Shown here: positions 1-14,066 of the stretch, piece after piece
Numbering within the stretch: position 1 is the stretch's first letter
Layout: each line of letters opens with the position of its first letter
NCBI RefSeq assembly: GCF_006345805.1
Contig: NC_042999.1
Location: 15,438,001-15,502,000 of the forward strand
DNA length: 64,000 nucleotides
Origin: Octopus sinensis
Lineage: Eukaryota
Reading direction: 5' to 3'
Notes under the pieces: model-generated
The model's database searches: none
The model's input: only the letters and a program-made list of their open reading frames with translations
What the model was told of the DNA's origin: nothing
Made by a program: the position numbers and the translations under genes

Positions 1-334
1 GGAGTACCTTCTTGTTCATCCTACATATAATGGAATTATGATATATATCAACGTCACAGTGACCGACCAGGCTATCAGATGTTGCTACACATCGCTGGTC
101 ACAATGCGTTTTGTATTGTTTTAGCCTTTAAATGACACCACCCCGCTGGCTAAGCGAGCAGGCCAACAGAAGAAAGAGTGAGAGAAAGTTATGGCAAAAG
201 AGTACAGCAGGGATCACCACCACTCCCTGCCAGAACCTCATGGAACTTTAGGTGTTTCTGCTCAATAAACACAACGCCCGGTCTGGGAATCGAAACCGCG
301 AGTCCGCTGCCCTAACTACTGGGCCATTGCGCCT

Positions 335-338
<4 letters not shown>
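1..338 (-). mobile_element. tRNA-derived SINE, family E (head GTGGAGGCGCAATGGCCCAG), tail variant 1
   Basis: A-box TGGCCCAGTAG and B-box GTTTCGATTCC on the minus strand. Head and body shared with 40144 and 44721. Confidence 0.8.
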
Positions 339-375
<37 letters not shown>

Positions 376-730
376 GTTATGGAATGGAGTAGGAGAAATC
401 CAAGCTACATATGTTTCATAGCGAGGTAAAATCCAAGTGAGGCGTATTCTGCTGTTTACTCTTTGGGTCAAGGATATCTTGATTAAATTAAAGCTACATT
501 GTCACGAAGAGGTACATGCTGATGCAAAGAAGATTCAATTGGAATGTGTGGGGAGCACAGAATGAGAGAGGTATATAAGTATATACCAAAGAAGTTTGCT
601 TGTAAACATACAGTTCTTGGTTCAATCACAGTCACACTGTAGGTAAGTTCAATAATATCAGATTGACTCAAACATTGTGAGTGGAATTTGGTAGACAGAA
701 AGTATATGGAAGGCCAGCATATATGTATAA

Positions 731-960
731 GGCGGCGAGCTGGCAGAAACGTTAGCACGCCGGGCGAAATGCGTTGCCGTATTTCGTCTGCCGTTACGTT
801 CCAAGTTCAAATTCCACCAAGGTCGACTTTGCCTTTCATCCTTCCGGGGTCGATAAATTAAGTACCAGTTACGCACTGGGGTCGATGTAATCAACTTAAT
901 CCATTTGTCTGTCCTTGTTTGTCTCCTCTGTATTTAGCACCTTGTGGGTAGTAAAGAAAT
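731..960 (+). mobile_element. tRNA-derived SINE family B (GGCGGCGAGCTGGCAG...), nested in an old family-A copy (~570-1200)
   Basis: B-box GTTCAAATTCC; 12-bp TSD ATATATGTATAA. Confidence 0.9.
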
Positions 961-1627
961 ATATATGTATAATGTATGTGTGTGTGTGTGCATGTCTATC
1001 CATATGTAAAGTCTGGTTAAAAACTGATGTTATATTTATATTGCTTCGTGTTATGTTCTGTGATCTAGCAGTTCAAGAAATAGAGATCAGTAAAATAAAT
1101 GTCAAACTTAACTAATTACATAGGTCACTATGGCTGACTAAAATCTTTAATACTGTGCTCCAGAAATGGCTGTGGTCCAATGATTGAAACCAGCTGAAGA
1201 AAAAAAACCCACCAATATTTTTGTTTTGATGAGTTTGTACTAAAGGAAATATTTAACAGTTGCCAAACTAGCCTACACATGCAAATTATTTTACCAATTT
1301 ATAAGCAAAGTATCTTTTTGTATGAAGCTATAAGCTATTAGAAGTGTAAGGAAACTGACAAACTTGTCATTCTGTTTGTGTTTTTTTTTGTTTTCTTTAT
1401 ATCTGAGATGAGTTTGTATGAATGTTTATTTTTTCTGATTATTTACTTCATCTTGTATAATTTTGTTAATGGACATTTCATTCCATTGCCTTGCTCTCAG
1501 CAACGTCACCTGAATATGAAAACACCAATGGAAACATTGTGTCAACAATACATGCAAGATAGGAAAAATAGTCTGAAGAACACATGTCTGTGTTTCTGGT
1601 TATGTATACCATTTAATTTGTATTTCT

Positions 1628-2022
1628 GTAGGTGCAGATATGGCAGTGTAGTTATGAAGCTTGCTTTGCAAACTGTATGGTCTCAGGTTCAAGCTCAGTA
1701 TGCGACACCTTGGGCAAGTGCCTTCTGCTATAATCCTGGGCCAATCAATGCTGTGTGAGTCAATTTTGTAGATGGAAACTGTGAGGAAGCTTATACATGT
1801 GTGTGTTTTGTGCTTGTGTTTGTCTTCCCATCATTTCACATCCAATGTTGGTTTGTTTATATCCTAATGAATTAACTGTGCAGCAAAAAAAATCCAATAG
1901 AATAAATACCAAACTTAAAAAAAAATAATTACTGGGGTCAATTTGTTCAACTAAACCTTTCAAGATGGTACTCCAGCATGGCCACAGTCTAATGACTGAA
2001 ATGAGTAAAAAGTAAAGAGTAA
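1628..2022 (+). mobile_element. Old CORE-type SINE, family A (OR-like)
   Basis: tRNA-like head, CCTTGGGCAAGT core, (GT)n middle and GAGTAAAA tail. Confidence 0.75.
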
Positions 2023-2107
2023 AGCAAATCCCTTTATGCAAAAAATATTGGGGCCTCAGCAAAATTTAGCACAGGCTGAAGTTTTAGGAGGTAGGAAAGA
2101 AGACATT

Positions 2108-2345
2108 TTTATTTTTTTATTTGCCCACAAGGGGCTAAATATAGAGGGGGACAAACAAGGACAGACAAAGGGATTAAGTCGATTACATCAACCCCAGTGC
2201 TTAACTGGTACTTAATTTATCGACCCTGAAAGGATGAAAGGCAAAGTCGACCTCGGCAGAATTTGAACTCAGAACGTAACGGCAGACGAAATACTGCCAA
2301 GCATTTCGGCCAGCGTGCTAACGTTTCTGCCAGCCCGCCATCTCA
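2108..2345 (-). mobile_element. SINE family B
   Basis: Reverse copy of 731-960; TSD GAAAGAAGACATT. Confidence 0.88.
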
Positions 2346-2670
2346 AGAAAGAAGACATTCTCTTGCTGTCATCAGGGAAATGGCCATACTTGATAACCAG
2401 GAAAGGAGTGAGGAGGAATTCCATACATTATAATCAGTGTGGACAGTGGTTGCACAACACTGGTTGGGATACAATAGTGCTACTGTTGATTTTAAGAAAG
2501 ACAGGGTCAGCTAAAAGTCACACAAAATAAATTCAATACATTCTGGATTTGTCAAAGGCATACTTCAATTTTTCTAAAATTGGATAAAACAAATAAAATA
2601 ACTATGAATACACACATACTTATATGTGAACACCGTAGTACATCTCCAGCATTAGAAGTTGTGCAAAGGC

Positions 2671-2704
<34 letters not shown>

Positions 2705-3973
2705 TGTCATATGTTTCGGTGTGTAACTTTTGGCCAACTCTGTATGTATTGTTGCTGCTTTGTGTATTATTTAACACTTCTTTCATTCTCCTGCAAGGGT
2801 TGATCAAATAAAGTACCAGTTAAGTACTGGGAGTCAATGCTATCCACCAATCTTGCTCAAAAGGTCCCTGAATAAGGGTTGTTTAAGGATGTTGAACGAA
2901 ACACCCATGTTTCCAGAGGTGAATTATTCAAACCCCAAAGAATCCCTCTCAACACATGGCTATGATGCCCCCCCCCACTACTTTTGCTCGTGATCACAGA
3001 TGCACATATCGTCAGCCACTAAGGGACATGCTCAACTGGTTAAGGTGAAACAATTGACAAGCAAATCTGAGGCATTGAGCAGAATATTTCCTATAGCCCA
3101 TCTTTTATACCAAGACAAAACAATGTACATGATAACACTTCCAGTCAGTTAAGACCAGAAGGCATGAGAACCACCACCTGGTACAGCATCACCATCATTA
3201 TTATTATTATTATTATTATGATTATGATCATTATTATTATTATGTTGCCACTGAGATAAACTTTGTCATTCATCTATTCAGAATTGATGAAATATGAACC
3301 ATTATGTCCTTGGGTCAATGTAATTGACTTACCCTCTCCCCTCAATTGCTGGACTTGAGCCAAAACTCAAAACCAATATTTCTATTTCCTTAATATTTTT
3401 ATCAAGTATAATAACAGATGAAAGAGATGATACTCCCTACCAAAAATTTATTAATTTATCAAATGGTTTATCAAAAACCAAGATTACCATACATCATCTC
3501 CAACTTTGAAAGAAGTCCCTCCTAACATAATATTTGATAATAGTTGACTGCACAACAGAACAGAGACAAACAACAATTTTTGAGATGAGTTATTATGATT
3601 ATAATTTAAATTTTCCAGACTATTAATTTCATATTTCTTCTTTTTATGCATCACACAATATTTCAGTTTGTCCAATCGTTGATCATCTTTAAGCTACCCT
3701 GCTCCCGCATAAACATTTCCCACAAACAGGGTTTAAATGAAGAACCTTTGTTTTTAAATGCGGAGTTTCAAAGTTCTTAACCACTTTGCTAGATAAAGTT
3801 AGCAGTCCAGAAAATTTAATTATGATAGAATAGAGCTTGTTTGTAACATTGATGCACTTTAGAAGTCTACTATTTAGCTGCCTATCAATTAATTTGAGCT
3901 CGCTTCATTCTGAAAATGGATGAGTTGGAAATAATTTCATTTATATGTAATGTTTCCATTACAATGATTACAA

Positions 3974-4034
<61 letters not shown>

Positions 4035-4268
4035 CTTGTACACACACACATGTTGTTTTCTGATCTCAATTCCAGATAACTGTGTTTACAAGAGACAGGA
4101 TTAGAGCAGGATAATGTGTGCAGCATGAAGATATGTAGCATTAAATTTAAAAAAAATAAATAAAGATAATAATAACATCCTTCAGAGGAAACTAGCAAAA
4201 GAAGCCTCTATGCAGTGGCTCACACTGTTAGAAATAGCAACCAGATTACTTGATTATTCTCAGAAGAG

Positions 4269-4333
<65 letters not shown>

Positions 4334-4405
4334 GTTAATGTAACTTATACAATGTGCAAATAAAAGATGGAATGGTCATGGTTGGAATATTTTTGATCAT
4401 ATATA

Positions 4406-4952
4406 TGGGTTTCGATGACTGGCGTCCGTGCTAGCAGAGTGCAAAGAGCACCATACAAGTGTGATCATTGACAGAGCCGCTAACCGGCTTCAGTCCCAGT
4501 GGCACATAAAAGGCACCATTCGAGTGTGATCGTTGCCAGCTTCGCCTTACTGGCACTCAAGCCACATGGTAGTAGGGTGTTAAGAGCACCATCTGAGCGT
4601 GATCGTTGCCAGAGCGACTAACTGGCCTCCGTTCCAGTGGCACGTAAAAGACACTATTCGAGCGTGATGGTTATCAGCATCGCCTTACTGGCACCTGTGC
4701 TGGTGGCATGTGTAAAAGATTCGAATGAGGTCATTGCCAGTACTGCCTGACTGGCCCCCATGCTGGTGGCACGTAAAAGCACCCACTACACTATCGGAGT
4801 GGTTGGCATAAGGAAGGGCATCCAGCTGTAGAAACTCTGTGAGATCAAGATTGAAGCCTGGTGCAAGCCATCTGGTTTGCCAGCCCTCAGTCATTCGTCC
4901 AACCCATGCTAGCATGGAAAGCGGACGTTAAACGATGATGATGATGATGATG
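4406..4952 (+). mobile_element. Family D retroposon (RTE-like tail AGGAAGGGCATCCAGC...GTTAAAC(GAT)n) with an internal ~60-bp VNTR
   Basis: About 6 diverged units ending AAAAGCACC, followed by the conserved 3' end. Confidence 0.8.
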
Positions 4953-5340
4953 TATGCATTCAACAACAATCTTCTTTATCTGGATAGTACACTGTTTCCA
5001 AAATTATAGTACACATACACACACACATTATATATTCTCAGCATTCAAGTAATGAATTCACAGCAATCTGTTACTCTGGTGGTGCAATGCCTCATCACAA
5101 AATACACTAGTTTCTACTTTACAGCAAAACATACAAGAGAAGGAAAAGAGTCAGTGTTATACTCTGCCACTACTACTGTCATCACCATCCCTGCTACCAC
5201 TGTAACCATCAGTAATGGAAGGACACAAAGCACAATGTAGACCCTGGTGTATAAAAATATAGGATGATCATAGTTGGAATGTTTTTGACTATAGTTTTGA
5301 TCAACCAGAGCTGAACTAAGGGCTAAACAAAATAAATAAA

Positions 5341-5728
5341 CAGTAGCAGTGGCTGTGTGGTAAGTAGCTTGCTTACCAACCACATGGTTCTGGGTTCAGT
5401 CCAACTGCCTGATACCTTGGGCAAGTGTTTTCTACTGTAGCCTCGGGCCAACCAAAGCCTTGTGAGTGGATTTGGTAGACAGAAACTGAAAGAAGCCTGT
5501 CGTATATATGTGTGTGTATGTGTGTGTCTGTGTTTGTCCCCCCAACATCGCTTGACAACCAATGCTAGTGTGTTTGCGTCCCCGTAATCTAGCGGTTCGG
5601 CAAAAGAGACCGATAGAATAAGTACTAGGCTTACAAAGAATAAGTCCTGGGGTTGATTTGCTCAACTAAAGGCGGTGCTCCAGCATGGCCACAGTCAAAT
5701 GACTGAAACAAGTAAAAGAGTAAAGAGT
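5341..5728 (+). mobile_element. CORE-type SINE family A
   Basis: TGGCTGTGTGG A-box, GGGTTCAGTCC B-box, CCTTGGGCAAGT core and (AAAAGAGT) tail. Confidence 0.9.
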
Positions 5729-7430
5729 TCACATGTCCAGATTATCACATTGTGTCCCATGGGTCATTATTGCAAGCTGGAGTGCGCATTATGTTCTCTT
5801 TTAGGTGAAGTCTTGGTATGACTCAAACAACAAATTGTCAGGTTGTGCCTAGTTGTTCCATTTATTTGCTACAAGACTGTTCAATTACAGATGGCCTGGA
5901 GCTATAAAATAACAGCAATGCACACACAGACACAGAAATTGTGGATATCATACAAATATCCAGATGAAAAGATGGACGAACTTTGAACTTGTTTAACATT
6001 TTAAGTTAGTGGATCTGACTTTCAACTACAATGAAATGTTTGCTACCGAATAATATCTAATTTTGAAAAATCAACATTTTGAAAAGTAGTTTAGCTTACA
6101 GTTCTTCTTAGAGGTTAGCAGTTTTTATATTATTGTGAATAAATTGATTTTTTTTTTTTTTTCCTATTTCATTTTGTGAAATGATTGCCAATGTATTTGT
6201 TGCAAATCTTATTGTTTATTTTATCTGCAACAAAGTTATACGATGTTAAGCTTGTGTGAATATGTCTCTCTGAATATTACTGAATTACAGATTGTCTGTT
6301 GAAAATATTCTATTCCATCTGAATAGAAAAGATTCTAGGTCAAAGTTCCAGGTCAATGTTCCAGAGAAAGAAGAAATGTGTTATAAAAAGATGCCTTCCT
6401 GTTATTGACTGTTCTCTTCTCCAAATTCATTGATTTGTGGATGTCGGAAAAAAAGAATGAAATATTAAGCTAACTAAATATTTTTATGATTACAGAAGTT
6501 GTGCAGTCATATAACTCTGGATATAAATTATGGATTCATAAAATCCCAATATATCTTTGAGTATCAAAATATCTTTGTGTTTCTTAGATTTTTTCCTACA
6601 AATTTCCGAGTTGCTTAGCAAAAGTTATTATTACTTGCTGTCAATTTTGGACAGAAGTAATAAAGTTTCTTTGGTTTTATAATGATTTATTTGAGCAAAG
6701 CTAATATCTTCAATTGATAAACTATACAAATCTAGAAGTACCATCGAAAGACTCCAAAGTTATCCTCGTAATTTCAACTTGAAACACACTTAGAAGACTA
6801 ATCCTTATAAACTATGGAACACCATAAAACAACAAAATCAAGAATTGTAAATGACTACAGTGAGAAAAAGAATATAAAAAAAAGGTTATGCTTACAATGC
6901 AAACAAAAGATTTAATGCTGTTTCTAATATAATCAGAAGCCTTAAATATATAAAGGTGGACTTATTCTTCAGAGTCAGTCAGTTCAGTATAGAACACACC
7001 GGTGGTATTTGAAAACTTTATTATCAGAAAATATTCTCTTATGATGCAATTAAGAAATAGAGAACTGAAAGTTTGGTAAGTAATTTAACTGTCCACAATG
7101 GCTGCAACAACAGACAAGAAATGTTCTGTATGTTTGGCGATGTGAAATAAATAAACCGAAAGGTATATAAAATCAGAATATGGAACTGGAGGAGTTCTGT
7201 TGCCTGTTTAGAATAATAAAGGATAGTTACAACAAAAGTTAAACATTTGTAGAATTTTATAAAATTAATATTGAAACCACTGCTAGACATTATGATAATA
7301 TACAAGCAATATGCATCTATTAATAGAAGAAATATGCTTGTGTTATTTGAATATATTTAATATTCTTGGATAAAAAATCTGAAAGACTTAACGACGTAAT
7401 ACTGAGATAATTGGAAGTATTCTTTAATAT

Positions 7431-7831
7431 ACTCTTTTACTTGTTTCAGTCATTTGACTGCGGCCATGCTGGAGCACCGCTTTTAGTTGAGCAAATCGAC
7501 CCCGGGACTTATTCTTTGTAAGCCTAGTACTTATTCTATCGGTCTCATTTGCCGAACTGCTAAGTGACGGGGACGTAAACACACCAGCATCGGTTGTCAA
7601 GCAATGCTAGGGGGACAAACACAGACACACAAACATATACACATCCACATATATATACACATATACGACAGGCTTCTTTCAGTTTCCGTCTACCAAATCC
7701 ACTCACAAGGCATTGGTCGGCCCGGGGCTATAGCAGAAGACACTTGCCCAAGATGCCACGCAGTGGGACTGAACCTGGAACCATGTGGTTGGTTAGCAAG
7801 CTACTTACCACACAGCCACTCCTGCGCCTAA
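7431..7831 (-). mobile_element. CORE-type SINE family A, full length
   Basis: Reverse complement of 52584-53001. Confidence 0.92.
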
Positions 7832-8586
7832 TATATATAGAATTCTTTAAATAAATTTTATATGAATATATGTATATCCTGATGTCAGTCATCCTATTCA
7901 AACTTATTTTATTTGCAGTAGAATGAAGTGAAAGCATGAATATTTAAATCAAGTGATATCACTGAAGATAGTCGAGTGAAGATCTTTATCTGGTGTTCCT
8001 GTTATTTATTGGCAAGACAAAAATTACATTGGCATTTGTCTAACTCCAATAACTGATACAAATACTGTACAGACTCAAAAAAAATCTTCTGTGTTTTACT
8101 TTAAAAAAATCTGCCCCCAAACTCCATATTAAGGATTATTTACACCAAGATTAAAATTAATATTATATTACTAGGTATGGGCATTGCTATGTGTTGAAGA
8201 AGCTTGTGTTGTAAACACATGGCTTTGGGTTCAGTTCCACTCTGTGGAACCTTTGGCAACTGTCTTCTATGATAGTCCCTTGAGCCAACCAGTTCCTTGA
8301 GTGAATTTGGTGGATAGAAATTATGTGAAAGCCTAATGTGTGTGTGTGTGTTTGTATAAATCCGCAAGTGGGTGGACAAAGAAAAAAAGTAGTACTCCAC
8401 ACATTCGGTAGAATCTACATGTATTATTTAATAAAAGCTTGATTTGAGTTCATGCAACTTTGTGTTACAGGCTTGTCCAATGAGCCTGTAAAACTTTGAG
8501 TTGCAGGAACCCAAATCAAACTGTTATTAAATAAATAATATATATGTCCAATCCATGCCTTCATAGAAAACGGATGCTAAATGATG

Positions 8587-8623
<37 letters not shown>

Positions 8624-8624
<1 letters not shown>

Positions 8625-8843
8625 TAGCAATGCATCCCAGCGTTACCCGGGTGTTACAAGTCTGAAGAACACATGTCTTTGTTTCTGGTATGTGTACCAT
8701 TTAATTTGTAATTCTGTAGGTGCAGATATGGCAGTGTAGTTATGAAGCTCACTTCACAACTGTATGGTTTCAGGTTCAAGCCCAGTATGCGACACCTTGG
8801 ACAAGTGCCTTCTGCTATAATCCTGGGCCAATCAATGCCGTGT
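8624..8843 (-). mobile_element. Helitron 3' terminus attached to a copy of host sequence 1570-1756
   Basis: Minus strand reads CCCGGGT-AAC-GCTGGG hairpin then ATGCATTGCTAG|T. 8659-8843 duplicates 1570-1756. Confidence 0.6.
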
Positions 8844-9056
8844 AATACAGCTGTATTGTAGTATTTGATCTTTTCTTATGGGCAGAATCAGCACAGCTGA
8901 TATGTAGATTACTGGCATAATGGAAGTTATTGTTTATTTAAAAGTGAAGGGAGAAGGTACAATTTGCATGAAAATGCTTTCTGTTCTTAAGAAGGATCAC
9001 AAACTATGTATTGTTTCATCGTATAAAAGAGGGTTAACATGATTTTGCGCGGTAAT

Positions 9057-9640
9057 CACATTTTCAAAATTTTAGTTTCCCCCCATCCACACTACAGTTT
9101 CTTAATTTGTAACTTTTTACATATTTTTTTTTTCATCCATGTAGAAAAATACAGAGATCACGAATCTGGGAGAAATATTTTTTTTAAAGTTTAATTTTTC
9201 TTCAAGAAACACTCAATCCCTTTCCCCCACCACACCCACCCATCATCTACCTGCTTTCAAAAAGCTAAAAACACTCATTGATTCACTTTCGTCTGATGTT
9301 TCATACATGTGTAGAATAGTACTGAAATAATAGCAGATGTAAAAAATATTAGAGCACCACCAGAAAACCTGACATGCTAGAAACAACAGGTAAATGACAT
9401 TATTTCTGAAGAAACTTCCCTGCTTTCCGAAAAGTTAAAAGTGAAACAGTAGGAGTTTGTAGCTTTTTGAAAGTGGTGAGGTGATGGGTGAATGTTTGGG
9501 AAGGAGACTTTAGTGTTTTTTAAGAAAAAAGAAAGAAGAATATTCTTAAAAATTTGTACTCTGTCTTTTCTCCATAAAATTCGTAAAAAGTAAAAAAAAA
9601 TGAAATTGGGATGGGGAGGGAAAAAATTGAGAACATGTTT
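9057..9640. mobile_element. Old degenerate foldback/MITE
   Basis: Three collinear inverted blocks: 9066-9089 vs 9607-9630, 9139-9164 vs 9551-9576, 9247-9272 vs 9456-9481. Confidence 0.6.
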
Positions 9641-10215
9641 TAGGGGTGAAATCCTAATCTTCTATATTGAAAACATAGGAATCAGAACAAATTTAGGAAA
9701 AAAAAAAAAATCAGTGATGGCGGGGGGCACAAACGTCACCTCAAACATGCTAGAAACAACAGGTAAAGGACAGGATTTCTAGGAGAACCTCCTTTTAAAT
9801 TTATATCAAAGATCAGGTTTTTAAATACACTCATCACAAACAGGAATTACAGAATAGAGAAAGGGGATTTCAGTTGGACATGAGCTGTAATTTTGTGCTT
9901 GCACATAGTAAGAAATAACATAATTCATACAGATGTTTTAGCTAGAGAAAGAGAGAGTGTGTGTGTTTGTGTATGCCAAAGGAAGTTATTTTATGGCATC
10001 CTTTCATTTAAAGCAAGCAAGTTATTAACTTCATCATATGAGATCATAATGATTGTTCGTTAATTTCTGTAATTTCTTTGTGCTTTGAAGAGAGCAGAAA
10101 GTGAAAAATGTATGTGTATAAGAAATGGATGTGTGCATCTGTGCGTGTGTGTGTGAGAGAGTGAGTGAAGGTGTATGTTGTCATGTATGTATTTTTTTGC
10201 ATGTATGTGTAAGTG

Positions 10216-10266
<51 letters not shown>

Positions 10267-12207
10267 TATTATCTTTCATATATATGTACATAAATACATA
10301 TGCATACATCTTTTTGTATGTATATGTGTGCATTTGAGAGATAAAGTGAGCGACTGTATTTCCTCATAACATATAGAGACATGGTTGTCCTTTAAGGTAC
10401 ACACTCATATAGAAAATGTGACATCATTGTCATCATGGTATAAAATGTTGTTTAGGATAGTTGAATTGTAGAAAGATTATCATGTTAAATTTTTGTTATG
10501 CAAATATATGAATGAAAATAAAGTTTAGTTGTTAGCCGAAAGATTACTGAATCTTTTAATATTCAACATGCCAAAATTGACAACTCAGTTTTCGAATGTA
10601 TTTATTAATTTCCGTAAAAAATTTTAATTCCTTTATGCTGTGAAGAGAGCAAAAATTGAATGAGAAGAGAAAGTGAAACTGCAACATTTGCTTTGAAGTG
10701 AAAGATGTATGTACATGTATATGAAATGGACGTGTGTGTGTGTGTCTGTGCATGAGAGAGAGAGAGAGTGAGTGAGTGAGTGAGCGAAGGTGTGTATTGC
10801 CATGTATGTGTAAATGGCACTCACTCGATCTCTCTATAACACACACACATCTTTCATATACACATACATTGCTTGATGAGTGCTGATGTGTTTATGTCCT
10901 TGTAACTTAGCAGTTTGGCAAAATAAACTGATAGAATAAATACCAAGCTTTTAAAAATTAAGTACTGGAGTTCATTTGCTCAACTAGAAATTCTTTGCAG
11001 TGGTGCCCCAGCATGGCCACAGTCTAACTAAAACAAGTAAAAGATAAAAGATGTGTGTGTGTAAGAGAGAGTGAGAGAAAGAAATAATGAGTGGGTGTGG
11101 GTGTCTCTTTGTCAACTGGAAATTCTTTGCAGTAGCGCTCCAGCATGGCCACAGTCTAACTGAAATAAGTAAAAGATAAAAGGTGTGTGTGTGTAAGAGA
11201 GAGAGTGGGTGTGGGGTGTCTGTTTGACCTGTACCATCACTTGCTAACTCATGTTGGTTCATTCTATTCCTAGGACTTAGTGGTTCAGCAAAAGAAGCAA
11301 AAAGAATAAATAACACACATAAGCATTGTGGGGTTGATTTGTTTGACAAAACTGTGTAAGATGGTGCTCCAGCATGGTCACAGTTCAATGACTGAAACAA
11401 GATAGCGATTCCCTAGTACAACCATCTATATTTATGAGAAACTGCAGTTAAGGTTTGCCGCTGTCTAAGCAGATTCCGGCTGTCAGAAAACTACTTTAAA
11501 AAAAACTTTCAGCAAAAAATTACAAAATGCTGAAGGAAACTTAAAAATGTATGAAGCAAAAGAATATATATATGAGTAAAAAATATTAAAAAAGAAATTA
11601 TAAAGTGAAAGGAATATTCCACGAAATCTCTTTGTAATTTTGTTATAATATATTTCTTACTTGCAAGCTATTAGATGAGAATGATCAAATTTCTCGGAGG
11701 CAATTTAATGAAAAAAACCATTGAAATCAATAAATAAGGCATAGCATATGACATAAGAAACAAGTTGATGATATTACAATAATTATTATATGTTTACAAT
11801 AGTTATCTGAAATTTAAATAACCTATAATGTTACAATTTACATTTTTAGCTATTTTTGTTCTGCCATATTAAAGAAAATATGTCAACCACCATATTGCTG
11901 ACATTTACAACTTCAAAACTGCAAGCCAAATTACGTTTGTTTTGATGGCTTTTTTTTAACGATCATAAATAGAAGTAAAACAAATATATGAATAAATAAA
12001 TGGCTATGGAAACAATTTCCAGAGCGAATGGTATTATTCCAAAGAGTTCAATTGTTAGTGAGTTCAGGTAAAATGGAACGAAGGTTTAGAGAAGCTTGGC
12101 CTTAGAAAGAACATTGAAAGACAGTAGGTATATTTATGGTACTAGTCACTCCATTTCAATTACATCTCATCAAAAGAGAAACATATGTGACATCAGATAT
12201 AAAACTA

Positions 12208-12596
12208 TTCTTTTATTCTTGTATTTGTTCCAGTCATTTGACTGTGGCCATGCTGGAGCACCACCTTTAGTTGAACAAATTGACCCCAGGGTTTAATCTT
12301 TGTAAGCCTAGTAAATTATTCTATCAATCTCTTTTGCTGAACCACTTAGTTCACACCAGCATCAGTTGTCAAATGATGGTAGTGGGACAAACACACACAA
12401 ATATATATATGACAGGCTTCTTTCAGTTTCCATCTACCAAATCCACTCACAAGACTTTGGTCGGCCTGAGGCTATAGTAGAAGACACTGGCCTGAGGCTA
12501 TAGTAGAAGACACTTGCCTAAGGTGCAGTGGGACTGAACCAGAAACTATGTGGTTGGGAAGCAAACTTCTTACCACAAGACCATGCCTGCAGCTTA
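12208..12596 (-). mobile_element. SINE family A with an internal ~26-bp duplication
   Basis: GGCCTGAGGCTATAGTAGAAGACACT occurs twice. Confidence 0.8.
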
Positions 12597-12819
12597 TGAT
12601 AAACAATAAATAACATTTTATTATTCTGACACTAAGGTTCAAGAGCCATCTGGTTTATTTAAGTTCAGGTCTATGAAAAATTTGCTTTGTATCCTTTGCA
12701 AGACCACTCAACCTCCTCTAAAACAATCTAAACTATAAACTCACTTGGAAGTTTCTGACCACCAGTTTCCCAGTGACAAAGTAATTTTACTAAAGTTTTC
12801 ATCATCCACAGAATTAATT

Positions 12820-13068
12820 AGTGGCATGTAAAAAGCATCAACCGATTGTGGCCGTTGCCAGCCTCCCCTGGCACCTGTGCCAGTGGCACGTATAAAGCAC
12901 CCACTACACTCACGGAGTGGTTGGCGTTAGGAAGGGAATCCAGCTGTAGAAACACTGCCAGATCAGACTGGAGCATGGTGCAGCCTCCTGGCTTGCCAGA
13001 CCCCAGTCAAACCTTCCAACCCATGCTAGCATGGAAAACAGATGTTAAACGATGATGAGGATGATGAC
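12820..13068 (+). mobile_element. Family D retroposon
   Basis: Conserved 3' end and (GAT)n tail. Confidence 0.85.
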
Positions 13069-13651
13069 AATGAAAGTCAATGTATTTTGAGAAATACATC
13101 GTAATGAACAGGTTAACAGAAAAACTGCTTAATTAAAGGGGTGTAGAAGTAGCAGAATCGATACTAGACTAAATAATTTACAACACTCAGTTATTGTCCT
13201 TTTTATGACCCATGATGATATCCTGCAGAAGTCTGTGTTGCATCTTCACCTTTTGTGAGCAATAAAATACAACCAGTTGTATGGCAGGATTGATTTAATG
13301 AACCATACCCCTTCCTCAAAAATGCTTAGCCTTGGGTAGTAAAACTCAATGTTGCCTGATGAAATGGTGTGGTTATGAAAACATTTAAAGTTATGTAATA
13401 TCCATTTATGAATATGGAAATGTGCAGCAAAAATATTAGCAGTCCATTTTTCTTCCTTTGCTATATTAAACACCATATAATACATACAATTTTGTTGTTA
13501 TATACATTGATTTACAGGATGCTTAATATCACTAGACAATGGTTATCATTGATTATAATCATTTAAGCGTACTTCTTACATACCTTATTAGCTAGATATA
13601 TCAGGGTCATTTAAATCCCTACTACTTAATATACCTTTTATCTTTCTTCTA

Positions 13652-13866
13652 TATTTTACTTGTTTCTGTCATTAGACTGTGGCCAAGCTGGAACACCACC
13701 TTGAAGAATTTTTTAGTCAAATGATTCAACCCAAGTACTCACTTATATTTTTTCAGCCAGGTATTTTATTCTATCAACCTCTTTTGTCAAACTGCTAAAT
13801 TTTTGTGACATAAACACATCAACACATTGTCAACACGTAGTGTTAGTGGGACAAGCACACACAAAA

Positions 13867-13899
<33 letters not shown>

Positions 13900-14066
13900 C
13901 GATGGGCTTCTCTCAGTTTCCATCTATGAAATCCACTCATAAGGCTTTGGTTGGACTGAGGCTACAATTACAGACACTTACTCAAGATTCCACACAGTGG
14001 AACTGAACCCACAACCATGTGCTTGGGAAGGAAGATTCTTACCACATAGCTTTGTCTGTGTCTATA
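13652..14066 (-). mobile_element. Old SINE family A
   Basis: Diverged similarity along the full length. Confidence 0.7.

Noticed and set aside
731-830. tRNA genes at SINE heads
   Set aside because: A/B boxes are present, but there is no complete cloverleaf and each continues into a SINE body and tail.
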